Shown one piece after another: positions 1 through 8,397 of a stretch of 64,000 bases of DNA. The position numbers and the translations under genes are program-made. This DNA comes from a virus, in the IMG/VR virus record IMGVR_UViG_3300027906_002394, positions 18,961 through 82,960 of that record; one strand, given 5' to 3'. Within the stretch, counting starts at the first letter, position 1. Each line of letters starts with the position of its first letter. The notes beneath the pieces were generated by a model. The model had not been told where the DNA came from, ran no database searches, and saw nothing but the letters and a program-made list of their open reading frames with translations.

Positions 1-2100
1 TCGGATAGTCCCATGATTACTTTTAGACAGATTATATATTAACCTCGCGTTATCGTCAAGTTTATTATCATAGACAATGTAATTGACATTATAAAAGTCT
101 CCATCTGTTAAATTTGATTCGTAATATGAACCTAAATCTACCGAATTTTGAAGTGAAGCTATTGCTGCCGTCTGTCCAGAAGCAACTTTATTGGAACTTT
201 CCATTTTTTGTTGTGCCACTCTTTCTGAAATAACCTCGGCAAGAGATTTTCGTGGCGCTTCTTGCTCTGGTTGTACCGTCATTACCTCAACTGGAATAAT
301 AGTAACACCAGTAACAGGTGTTCCAGATGAGATTAAATTATTTTCAATTTCCATTTGCATTTGTTCTACTTGCAAATCCATTTTCATTTCATTCATTTCT
401 GCATTATTTTCCAAGGTTTCGACTGAAACCCCACTCAAATTTGAAAAAATTTGCGTGTCTGCACTAAAAAATTGGTTCGAGACACCCATTACACTAGAAT
501 TTCCCATACTTTGAGCGGTATTCTGTTGATTTTGAGCACTTTGAGTGATTTGATTAACCGTTGATCCCGATCCACCAGTTGCTCCTTGCCCAGATTCTTG
601 GTTTTGTTGTTCTTCAGCCTGTTGACTACTATCATTATCACCTTTTGATGACTCTTGACTCATTGTAACCGCACTTGCACTAATTTTTAATGCATTTTTA
701 GTTTGTGCTAATGCGATTCTTGTTGCGAGAGGTGAAGTTTTTGGTTCGTTTACTGTTTCGGATGTTTCTTCGATTGGGTCTTCCTCTATTATAACCTCTT
801 CAAACTCTTCCTCAACGATATCTTCTTCAAGAGTTTCTTCTAGTGTTTCTAATTCTTCTAATAATTCTTCTTCAAACATCTCTTCAAACAATTCTTCAGT
901 TTCTTCATCAAACAATTCTTCAAGATACTCTTCAACTTCCTCTACATTTTCTTCAATTGCTTCCAACGCATCGGTACGAAATTCTTCCTCGATAATTTCT
1001 GGGAGTTCATCAATGGGCATGGTGAGAAAGTCTTGTTCTCCGATAAGTATTGGTTCAATATCGGATGAGGCAAAAAGGTCGATCCCTTCTTCCTCCATAA
1101 AGAACTCTTCTGGAAGTCCTGTGAAGAACTCATCGTCTTCTGCGATTCCTGTAAACTCTTCATCGTCTTCGATGATTCCGTACATTGCTCCTGTTTCTTC
1201 ATCTGTCATCCACTCCTCTTCTTCTTCCATCATTTCTTCTAGTTGGTCTTCTATTAATGCTTCGTAATATCCATCACATGTATCATTATATAATGGGTCT
1301 AGGTCGCATTGTAAGTCATCGTAAGCATCTTGATACCCATCACACTCAGTAGAATAGAAAGAATCACTATCACATTGTTGTGTTAGGAACGCGGCTGCGT
1401 AACCATCACAGTCTTGACTAGACAATGGGTCATATGCACAAGCTAATCCTTCACTTTCATATGATTTAGTCCCAGCATTTCCCGCCGCTGTACCATAGAT
1501 GTAGTTAGCTTGTTGATTTGCAAAATATTCGTGTTGTACATACTCATCTTCTGATATATCACCCATCACACCTATGAATATACTGTGATTGTTAATTTTT
1601 AAGTCGCCATACTCCATCGCGTAATCACCAGTTGGGAGTATTTCTAAACTAAATGTGTTTTCGTGGTTCTTGTTGTATTCTTCTATTCTCACCCACCAGT
1701 ACTTTGTTCCATCGGCACTAGTCTTAGAATAGAATCCCCCATCATTATCTCTTTGTATTAGGTCTGTCCAGAAAGGAGCTATTGCATAACTAAACTTGTC
1801 TTGTTTGTTTGCTGCTATGTTTGCAACTTCTAATCCGTTACAACACCAACCCTTGTCTGGCCAACTCTGAAAACCAAAGGTAGTTGGATTTCTAAACATG
1901 ACAACACCGTTTGCCATCATCCAAGAGTTAGTATAATTTTCTCCATAGAAAGGAAATGTATGTCCTAGTGGTACATTCGCGTAACAGTCATCACATATAG
2001 TGTGGGATGTTGCATCTGAGGGAGGCGCAGTATATTGCCCAGCAGCTGGAGCTGCCAGAAATAATAATAACCCAACTAGTAATGTTTTTATCTTACCCAT
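1..2100 (-). CDS. Exported protein: signal peptide, nidogen (NIDO)-like domain, 3 Cys-paired 22-aa repeats, long Glu-rich stalk; truncated at window edge (>700 aa)
   Basis: Manual translation from ATG at 2100 (MGKIKTLLVGLLLFLAAPAAGQY...) is open to base 1. NIDO-like motifs DDCYANVPLGHTFPFYGENY and IAPFWTDL. Absent from the ORF track because there is no stop in the window. Confidence 0.8.
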   Translation of the reverse strand, partial: MGKIKTLLVGLLLFLAAPAAGQYTAPPSDATSHTICDDCYANVPLGHTFPFYGENYTNSWMMANGVVMFRNPTTFGFQSWPDKGWCCNGLEVANIAANKQDKFSYAIAPFWTDLIQRDNDGGFYSKTSADGTKYWWVRIEEYNKNHENTFSLEILPTGDYAMEYGDLKINNHSIFIGVMGDISEDEYVQHEYFANQQANYIYGTAAGNAGTKSYESEGLACAYDPLSSQDCDGYAAAFLTQQCDSDSFYSTECDGYQDAYDDLQCDLDPLYNDTCDGYYEALIEDQLEEMMEEEEEWMTDEETGAMYGIIEDDEEFTGIAEDDEFFTGLPEEFFMEEEGIDLFASSDIEPILIGEQDFLTMPIDELPEIIEEEFRTDALEAIEENVEEVEEYLEELFDEETEELFEEMFEEELLEELETLEETLEEDIVEEEFEEVIIEEDPIEETSETVNEPKTSPLATRIALAQTKNALKISASAVTMSQESSKGDNDSSQQAEEQQNQESGQGATGGSGSTVNQITQSAQNQQNTAQSMGNSSVMGVSNQFFSADTQIFSNLSGVSVETLENNAEMNEMKMDLQVEQMQMEIENNLISSGTPVTGVTIIPVEVMTVQPEQEAPRKSLAEVISERVAQQKMESSNKVASGQTAAIASLQNSVDLGSYYESNLTDGDFYNVNYIVYDNKLDDNARLIYNLSKSNHGTIR

Positions 2101-2561
2101 ATTGATAATACAGCGAAACAGATTGCGAAAACTACAAGTACACCTCCACCAGCAATTGCTATAATCTGCATAGTTTCCATTATTTCTGCTTTCTTCTTTC
2201 TCCTTTCTCTTGCGAGTCTTTTTTCTTCTTCTTGTTCTTCACGGATTCTATCTGCCCTCAACTTTAATATTTCTTGCCAAGTTCCAAACCCGAATCTCAT
2301 GTCAATCATGTTTTTCATTTCTTCAATTTGTTCGTTGGCTAACTTCGCATCAATTACAGCATGGGCGGCACTTTTATGTGAACCAATTAAGGTCTTGTTT
2401 CCCCATCTCTCTTTATTGATTTGTTGTTGACCATCTAACGCATTGTCAACCATATCAAAAATTTGTCTTATGTCTTGAACGGTATTAATATTCTTTTTAA
2501 TAAATTCAACACTTTGTTGTACTAGAGCAATTCCCGCCAATGCGGTTGATACTGGTTCCAT
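2088..2561 (-). CDS. Hypothetical protein with coiled-coil and C-terminal transmembrane helix
   Basis: 157 aa ORF; charged helical middle; hydrophobic C-terminus IIAIAGGGVLVVFAICFAVLSIW; packed between co-oriented neighbours. Confidence 0.75.
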   Translation of the reverse strand: MEPVSTALAGIALVQQSVEFIKKNINTVQDIRQIFDMVDNALDGQQQINKERWGNKTLIGSHKSAAHAVIDAKLANEQIEEMKNMIDMRFGFGTWQEILKLRADRIREEQEEEKRLARERRKKKAEIMETMQIIAIAGGGVLVVFAICFAVLSIWVR

Positions 2562-2572
2562 AGTGGATATCC

Positions 2573-3691
2573 TTATTCGTCAATTGTACACACCTCTTCA
2601 TCGGGGTAGTCTTCACAGAAATCCTTTTTATCCCATACTTTATACTCTACCTTTTCGTTACCATCTTTAAAAAACCGAATTTCCTTCTCGATGAGAGCAT
2701 CCTCTGGAGCAAAGTCTGGGTTTCTTTCCCAATGACCCAAAGCTTCTTCTCCAATTTTACCACGATACGGGCACGGCGTGCCGGCCATTAGCATCGCATT
2801 GAAAACGCGAGCATCTTGGCACATCAAAGATACAGCAGCTACCTTCATCCCCATATCATATAAACCACGGCTTAATTTAATCCTTTCACAGTTTTCATCT
2901 CGAACTGTTTTACCAGCACTAATACCAAACACCTGTGTTTGTACCGCACCACCAACACCAGTAGTACATAAGTCTTGTGAATAAGACCCACCTATTGCCG
3001 GCGCAATAGCACTCGGAGGCGGCGACTTGACTTCTTGTTCTATTTTCTGTGTTGTTTCATTCCTGTTTATGTTCTCGTTTCTATTATTCGATGTAACATT
3101 GGAATCACTTGTACTATTAGATTGGTTGATATTAGTATTCGTATTGCTATTGGTGTTATTCGTAGTTGTGTTATTAGTAATGTTACTGTTGTTATTACTT
3201 GTGCTGTTTGAGGTAACATTACTAGTATTGTTATTCGTATTATTCTGGTTTACTGTCTGATTAATAGTACTATTATTAGTATTAGTATTATTATTGGTAT
3301 TGTTACTAGTGCTGTTAATAGTATTATTATTAGTATTGAAATTAGTATTTGTACTTGTTCCAGTATAAGTCGTATTGTTGTTATTGTTATTGGTATTCGT
3401 ACTCGTACCATTATAAGTTGTAGTGTTCACATTGTTATTATTATTGGTATTGGTATTCGTGCCAGTATAAGTTGTAGTGTTCACATTGGTGTTATTATTG
3501 GTATTTGTTTGCGTACCTGTTGTAGTAGTAGTATTATTATTAGTATTGTTGTTGGTATTGGTATTATTCGTAGTGCTGTTAACTGTGCTATTTGTAGTTG
3601 TGTTAACAGTACTGGTCGTGTTATTAGCCAGAGCTGGCCCTGCTATCAACAGCATGCCAATAATAAGACATATCTGCTTCCTAAGTTTCAT
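2573..3691 (-). CDS. Exported Asn/Thr-rich repeat protein with Cys-containing C-terminal domain
   Basis: Start reassigned to ATG 3691 (AGGAG SD at 3696-3700). Signal peptide MKLRKQICLIIGMLLIAGPALA, ~190-aa N/T tract, C-terminal domain SPPPSAIAP...CERIKLSR...CQDARV...TPCP. Confidence 0.8.
   Translation of the reverse strand: MKLRKQICLIIGMLLIAGPALANNTTSTVNTTTNSTVNSTTNNTNTNNNTNNNTTTTTGTQTNTNNNTNVNTTTYTGTNTNTNNNNNVNTTTYNGTSTNTNNNNNNTTYTGTSTNTNFNTNNNTINSTSNNTNNNTNTNNSTINQTVNQNNTNNNTSNVTSNSTSNNNSNITNNTTTNNTNSNTNTNINQSNSTSDSNVTSNNRNENINRNETTQKIEQEVKSPPPSAIAPAIGGSYSQDLCTTGVGGAVQTQVFGISAGKTVRDENCERIKLSRGLYDMGMKVAAVSLMCQDARVFNAMLMAGTPCPYRGKIGEEALGHWERNPDFAPEDALIEKEIRFFKDGNEKVEYKVWDKKDFCEDYPDEEVCTIDE
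3412..3488. repeat. 54-bp period coding repeat (18-aa unit NTNTNNNNNVNTTTYxGT)
   Basis: tataagttgtagtgttcacattg at 3412-3434 and 3466-3488, with degenerate copies on either side. Confidence 0.85.
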
Positions 3692-3746
3692 TTTTCTCCT
3701 CTGTTGGAATATGTTATACAAATTCATTCCAAATTAGGAATTCTGC

Positions 3747-3775
3747 TTGACTTCCTCTCTCACTTGTGGTATAGT
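3747..3775 (+). promoter_or_regulatory. sigma70-type promoter TTGACT-17-TATAGT with extended -10 TG
   Basis: Hexamers at 3747-3752 and 3770-3775, 17-bp spacer, intergenic, upstream of the desaturase. Confidence 0.65.
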
Positions 3776-3791
3776 ATAGTACTATAATCCC

Positions 3792-3799
3792 TATTTATA
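3792..3799 (-). promoter_or_regulatory. T4-type late promoter TATAAATA for the minus-strand exported-protein operon
   Basis: tatttata at 3792-3799, intergenic, ~100 nt upstream of ATG 3691. Confidence 0.7.
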
Positions 3800-3820
3800 A
3801 TTAAGCGGGCCTGAAGTCGA

Positions 3821-3828
3821 TATAAATA
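3821..3828 (+). promoter_or_regulatory. T4-type late promoter TATAAATA for the tailoring cluster
   Basis: Exact TATAAATA 27 nt upstream of ATG 3856. Confidence 0.7.
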
Positions 3829-3855
3829 TTGATACTAAATTATTTCGGAAAAATT

Positions 3856-4560
3856 ATGAAACCTACACCGCTTACCTTATTGATAGGACAAACGATTGCT
3901 CAACTTTCAGTCATACCCATGTTTTTCATTGGTACGCCTGTAACTTGGGCTATCTGTGCTTTTATGTATTTTGGAATTATGACTTTTGGTATCACTATGG
4001 GATATCATCGATACTGGAGTCATTACAGTTTTAAATGTTCTAAATGGTTAGAATATGTTATGATGTTTTTTGCCCATATTATGATGGTCGGGCCCGCGTT
4101 GGCTTGGGTAGCACAACATAGAGAACATCATGACCACGCGGATACGGAGAAAGACCCTCACTCACCAGAGTATCAAGGATTCATTCGTTGTTATTACTCT
4201 CAAGTGATGTCTTTACCTAAAATGTGGTACATAAAAAAAGACTTGATGAAAAATGATTTATGTAAGGCTCAACACAGATACTATTGGCACTTTCTGGGTA
4301 TTTTCGGGTTGATACTTGCATTGATAGACCCATATGCATTGATATACGCATGGTTAGCTCCAGCAGGATTTGCTAAGTTAATAGGGTCAATAGTTTTTGT
4401 TCACTCACATAGAGGTGGAACGCCTAGGAGTGATTATTGGTTGGGAATGGTTACATTTGGTGAAGGGTTTCACGCGAAACATCACGATGAACCTTGGAGT
4501 TGGAATTTTCATCCTTGGGATATAGGTGGAAAAATTATTCGGTTATTAAAACATGCTTAG
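3856..4560 (+). CDS. Delta-9-type membrane fatty acid (acyl-CoA/lipid) desaturase
   Basis: Three His boxes HRYWSH, HREHH and HAKHH (in GEGFHAKHH); DPHSP motif; TM segments. ATG 3856 preferred over TTG 3829. Confidence 0.9.
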   Translation: MKPTPLTLLIGQTIAQLSVIPMFFIGTPVTWAICAFMYFGIMTFGITMGYHRYWSHYSFKCSKWLEYVMMFFAHIMMVGPALAWVAQHREHHDHADTEKDPHSPEYQGFIRCYYSQVMSLPKMWYIKKDLMKNDLCKAQHRYYWHFLGIFGLILALIDPYALIYAWLAPAGFAKLIGSIVFVHSHRGGTPRSDYWLGMVTFGEGFHAKHHDEPWSWNFHPWDIGGKIIRLLKHA

Positions 4561-5251
4561 AAAAAGAGATTTACCCACAGTTGCAAAACTGGATATAGAA
4601 TTTGATATTGACAAAATAAAACATTACATAGACTCACTAGACCAAGGTGGTTGGGGTGATGTTTATGAATCAAATGAAGGTATTACAAATTTCGCTAACG
4701 CGGATTTTATAAGAGGACTTGAATATAACGACTTTAAGGAATATCCATGTCAATACCTTAGACCAGAATACTGGGAAGAAATGAAGAACCCCAGTTTAAA
4801 TTTGGGTAAGAGTAAAACAGAAGTATACAGAAACAAACACGAGAGAACAGATAAACTCTCTCCAGTTGGTAATGAACATATGTGGGATTTTGATATGCCC
4901 CATTATAGAGGTAGTTATATACAAAAACATATAACAGAAAACTTCAAGGCGGAGTCTTGTAGGACTAGAATACATTGGTTACCAAAAGGAAAACAGATAC
5001 AACCGCATATTGATTATGATGCTTCATATGCAGTTAGAATTGTAGTACCTATATCGGGTACGGATAATGTTATAAACGCCTTCTGGCCAAAGAACCAGAG
5101 GGAAGAATATAATTTGAAAGCAGATGGTTCAGCTTATTTTATAAACATCGGTTACAAACATGCCGTTGAACATAATGGAAGTGAAGATAGAATTGCTTTG
5201 TTATTTACATTGAAGAGCCAAGAAGATGTGGAAGATTACGCCATACAATAA
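4553..5251 (+). CDS. Aspartyl/asparaginyl beta-hydroxylase-like 2OG-Fe(II) oxygenase
   Basis: HxD (PHID), distal His (HAVEH) and Arg (DRIAL) of the jelly-roll dioxygenases. Confidence 0.75.
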   Translation: MLRKRDLPTVAKLDIEFDIDKIKHYIDSLDQGGWGDVYESNEGITNFANADFIRGLEYNDFKEYPCQYLRPEYWEEMKNPSLNLGKSKTEVYRNKHERTDKLSPVGNEHMWDFDMPHYRGSYIQKHITENFKAESCRTRIHWLPKGKQIQPHIDYDASYAVRIVVPISGTDNVINAFWPKNQREEYNLKADGSAYFINIGYKHAVEHNGSEDRIALLFTLKSQEDVEDYAIQ

Positions 5252-5804
5252 GAAGTATAAAAAACAATGGGAAGAATTTAGAGAACAGGCACTCGCGGAA
5301 GACAACGATTCTCTTATAGAAGAAAAACTAGACCCAGAAACCCTTGACGGAGTATTTCATCTTTTATTTGAAGATGATGTATTAGCATCTGTTCAAGCAG
5401 CTGAGATTGACCATTATACTGGTAATCCTACAGCGATAAGAATGTGTAGATTACATACTCTTAGAAAATACAGAAGGACATCCTATGGTATGCCTTTATG
5501 TAGATACCAGATAGAGTGGTCTAGGGATATGGGATATGAACATGTGTGGTGGTCGGTTGATGTTAATAGAACAGGATATAACGCGATACACCAAGGAACG
5601 CGGAGGTCACCAAACTATGAAGATTGGAAAGAAGATTTTGATGGTTGGTGGAAAGATATTGTCTTTAACCAAAAGTATTTGTTTAAAGTTGACCCTGTAG
5701 CAGAATATTATCAATATATTTATGTTATTAATTTAGTAGATAAGGAATTCATTCCTCAAAAGAATGTGGTTCCTTTTGATTTGGAGATAAGAAATGAACA
5801 TTGA
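5226..5804 (+). CDS. GNAT-family acyltransferase-like protein
   Basis: RLHTLRKYRRTSYG resembles GNAT motif A; typical beta/alpha pattern and size. Confidence 0.5.
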   Translation: MWKITPYNKKYKKQWEEFREQALAEDNDSLIEEKLDPETLDGVFHLLFEDDVLASVQAAEIDHYTGNPTAIRMCRLHTLRKYRRTSYGMPLCRYQIEWSRDMGYEHVWWSVDVNRTGYNAIHQGTRRSPNYEDWKEDFDGWWKDIVFNQKYLFKVDPVAEYYQYIYVINLVDKEFIPQKNVVPFDLEIRNEH

Positions 5805-6384
5805 ACATGAAACAGTAGCACGATGGTTTAATTATGTTAGAGAAAAATCGAACCCTCGATTCACGGAATGCTTTTGGGATACACAGTTAAAATCCAAGGC
5901 AGAAATCATAGACAACCTACCACAAGACGAACACGGAAACTATTTTGTTTTCGGTGGGTGGTTTGGTGTCCTCGCACATTTACTTGATGACAATATAATA
6001 TCGAATGAAATCTATAGTGTGGATATTGACCCACAATGTAAAGAAGTTGGTGACATATATTTTCTTAGAGAAAATATCACTTATGTAACAGCAGATATGT
6101 GTGGTTATCAGTATTCTAAGAACCCACATGTTGTTATTAATACCAGTACTGAACATTTACACCAGTACAAGTATGATGAATGGTGGAATGGTATTCCAGA
6201 AGGTACATTTTATGTTGTACAAGGAAATGACCTTAAAATACCAGAACATGTTCGTACATTTTCCTCTTTAGAGTATTTTAAAGAGTGGAACAGATGTACT
6301 AAGATTACTTATGAGTCAGGCATGGAATTGCCAGGCCCAAACAATTCCACTTACACTAGATACACGGTTATGGGATACAAATAA
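5794..6384 (+). CDS. Class I SAM-dependent methyltransferase
   Basis: Motif I-like VFGGWFGVLA, acidic VDID, and VINTSTEH. Confidence 0.7.
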   Translation: MNIEHETVARWFNYVREKSNPRFTECFWDTQLKSKAEIIDNLPQDEHGNYFVFGGWFGVLAHLLDDNIISNEIYSVDIDPQCKEVGDIYFLRENITYVTADMCGYQYSKNPHVVINTSTEHLHQYKYDEWWNGIPEGTFYVVQGNDLKIPEHVRTFSSLEYFKEWNRCTKITYESGMELPGPNNSTYTRYTVMGYK

Positions 6385-7136
6385 TGAATGTAGCAATTAT
6401 TGGTTATGGGTTTTGTGGTAAAGCAACCGAGAGAATTCTAAAAAAGGTTGCCGGAATAAAAAGAATTCAAATTCAAGACCCCAAGTATAATAAAAAAATA
6501 TCTCCAGATGAGTGGGATATGATTAGGTATGCTTTTGTATGTGTGCCTACCCCCTTAACCAAAAACATGAGTATTATGGATCATTGGTATGAAGGTGATT
6601 TGTTTGATATGTCCATTATAGAAGAAGCAATATCTACTATACCGAACAATGTAATAACAGTTATTCGTAGTACCATTGGCCCAGAATCTATAAAGAAAAA
6701 TTGGGTTCATTGGCCAGAGTTCTTGCGAGAAAGTCATTGGGAAGAAGACGCGGATGATAAGTCTATCCCTATTATTATTGGTGATGGAAACCAAGAGATG
6801 TCAGATTGGTTCCCAGACCGACATACAATTTTTACTACTGCTAAAACAGCAGCGATGTATAAGTTGTCTAGGAACGCGATGTTAGCTGCTAAAGTAACTC
6901 TCGCCAACTACATTCAGAGAGTTTGTCAAGAGTATGATACCGATTATATTGATGTAGCACAGTTGTTAAAGGAACACGCGAATCTTGGAACCTCTCATTG
7001 GGAGGTGCCAGGCCCAGATGGTGATTATGGGTTTGGTGGTTCTTGTTTTCCCAAAGATACAACCCATCTTGCTTCGCTAACAGGTGGACACAATATATTT
7101 GATTATGTTTTGAGGTGTAATGAACGAGATCGCTAA
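6384..7136 (+). CDS. UDP-glucose/GDP-mannose dehydrogenase family protein, short form lacking the C-terminal domain
   Basis: GYGFCG Rossmann motif, CVPTP, RST, PEFLRE, catalytic GFGGSCFPKD. Confidence 0.85.
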   Translation: MNVAIIGYGFCGKATERILKKVAGIKRIQIQDPKYNKKISPDEWDMIRYAFVCVPTPLTKNMSIMDHWYEGDLFDMSIIEEAISTIPNNVITVIRSTIGPESIKKNWVHWPEFLRESHWEEDADDKSIPIIIGDGNQEMSDWFPDRHTIFTTAKTAAMYKLSRNAMLAAKVTLANYIQRVCQEYDTDYIDVAQLLKEHANLGTSHWEVPGPDGDYGFGGSCFPKDTTHLASLTGGHNIFDYVLRCNERDR

Positions 7137-8397
7137 ATACTTAGACGATATAACCAGAAGAAACAATGCAATAGGTAAAGGTTTCTGTGTATTGAAGTGG
7201 TGGCACTTAGAAATGCACTTAGGTACAGGTAACTATCATTCCTGTTTTCATTGTCCCCAACAAAATCTTAAACTTGATGAAGATATGCACAACACTCTTC
7301 ACAAGATGCAACAAAGAAAGACCATGTTAGAAGGTGGTAGACCAGATGAGTGTTCTTATTGTTGGAAGGCGGAAGATAGTGGCGCTGTAAGTCCTAGAAC
7401 AACATTGTCTTCCATATACACTCACATGGAAGAGGATATTATAGAAACAACTGCTAAATTGGATTGGGATGATTATGTATATCCAAAATATTTGGAAATG
7501 AGTTTTTCTAATACATGTCAAATGAAATGTTCTTATTGCGCTCCCTCTTTGAGTTCTACCTTATTACAGGAAATCAAAAAGGAAGGGGCATACCCATTAT
7601 CAGACCCAGAGAATCGCGGTCAATACGAATTAAATGGTACTGAAGAACTTTATAAGGATGATGATAACCCTCTTCTGGATAAGTTCTGGGATTGGTTTGA
7701 TGAAGCGAGAAAACATCTTGATACATTGAGAATTACAGGCGGAGAACCTTTATTACACAAGAGTACTTTCGAGATGATGGATAGATTGCGTGGGGAGAGT
7801 ATTAACTTCCATGTAAACAGCAATCTATCAGTTTCTAATAGAAGAGTGACAGAAGCATGTAACTTATTACCAGCGAAGTCTAAGATATATGCTAGTGTTG
7901 ATACATTTGGACAACAGGCTGAGTGGATTAGACATGGACTTAATTGGGACTTGTTTGACCAAAATGTTCTTACTGTTATTAATCATAAAATCCCATTGAG
8001 TTTTATGACAACATTTTGTTTATTAAGTATACCAAGATTTAAAGACTTTTTGTATTATGTTATACAGTTAAAAGATATTGGGGATGTTTTGATTGATACA
8101 CCATTTATGACTAATCCCCCACACCTGTCTTGTCTTATAATGGATGATGATATGAGGGAAACATTAGAAGATAGTTACCAGTTTATGTCATATAATAAAG
8201 AATTCAATCACGCGGAAGTTGTAAAGTTTGAAAGATTACTTAAATGGGTAGATGCAAATAGGTTTACTGGAGAACGCCTAAATAGTCATAGAAAAGATTT
8301 TAAAACATTTGTCGATGAACATGACAAACGCAGAGGCACGGATTGGCACAAAGCGTTTCCAGAGTTGACATATTTTTATGAGTTATGTGATGTCTAA
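7120..8397 (+). CDS. N-terminal twitch-domain radical SAM protein (1/7)
   Basis: CQMKCSYC, TGGEP; N-terminal FCVLKW...SCFHC...ECSYCW. Confidence 0.9.
   Translation: MNEIAKYLDDITRRNNAIGKGFCVLKWWHLEMHLGTGNYHSCFHCPQQNLKLDEDMHNTLHKMQQRKTMLEGGRPDECSYCWKAEDSGAVSPRTTLSSIYTHMEEDIIETTAKLDWDDYVYPKYLEMSFSNTCQMKCSYCAPSLSSTLLQEIKKEGAYPLSDPENRGQYELNGTEELYKDDDNPLLDKFWDWFDEARKHLDTLRITGGEPLLHKSTFEMMDRLRGESINFHVNSNLSVSNRRVTEACNLLPAKSKIYASVDTFGQQAEWIRHGLNWDLFDQNVLTVINHKIPLSFMTTFCLLSIPRFKDFLYYVIQLKDIGDVLIDTPFMTNPPHLSCLIMDDDMRETLEDSYQFMSYNKEFNHAEVVKFERLLKWVDANRFTGERLNSHRKDFKTFVDEHDKRRGTDWHKAFPELTYFYELCDV

Noticed and set aside
191-1267. Short ORFs 191..514, 942..1202 and 1013..1267
   Set aside because: All lie within the long minus-strand ORF 1..2100, in antisense or alternative frames.
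3027-3787. Very hydrophobic plus-strand ORFs (3027..3260, 3477..3737, 3509..3787) that look like membrane proteins
   Set aside because: They are antisense shadows of the Asn/Thr codon repeats of the real minus-strand gene.
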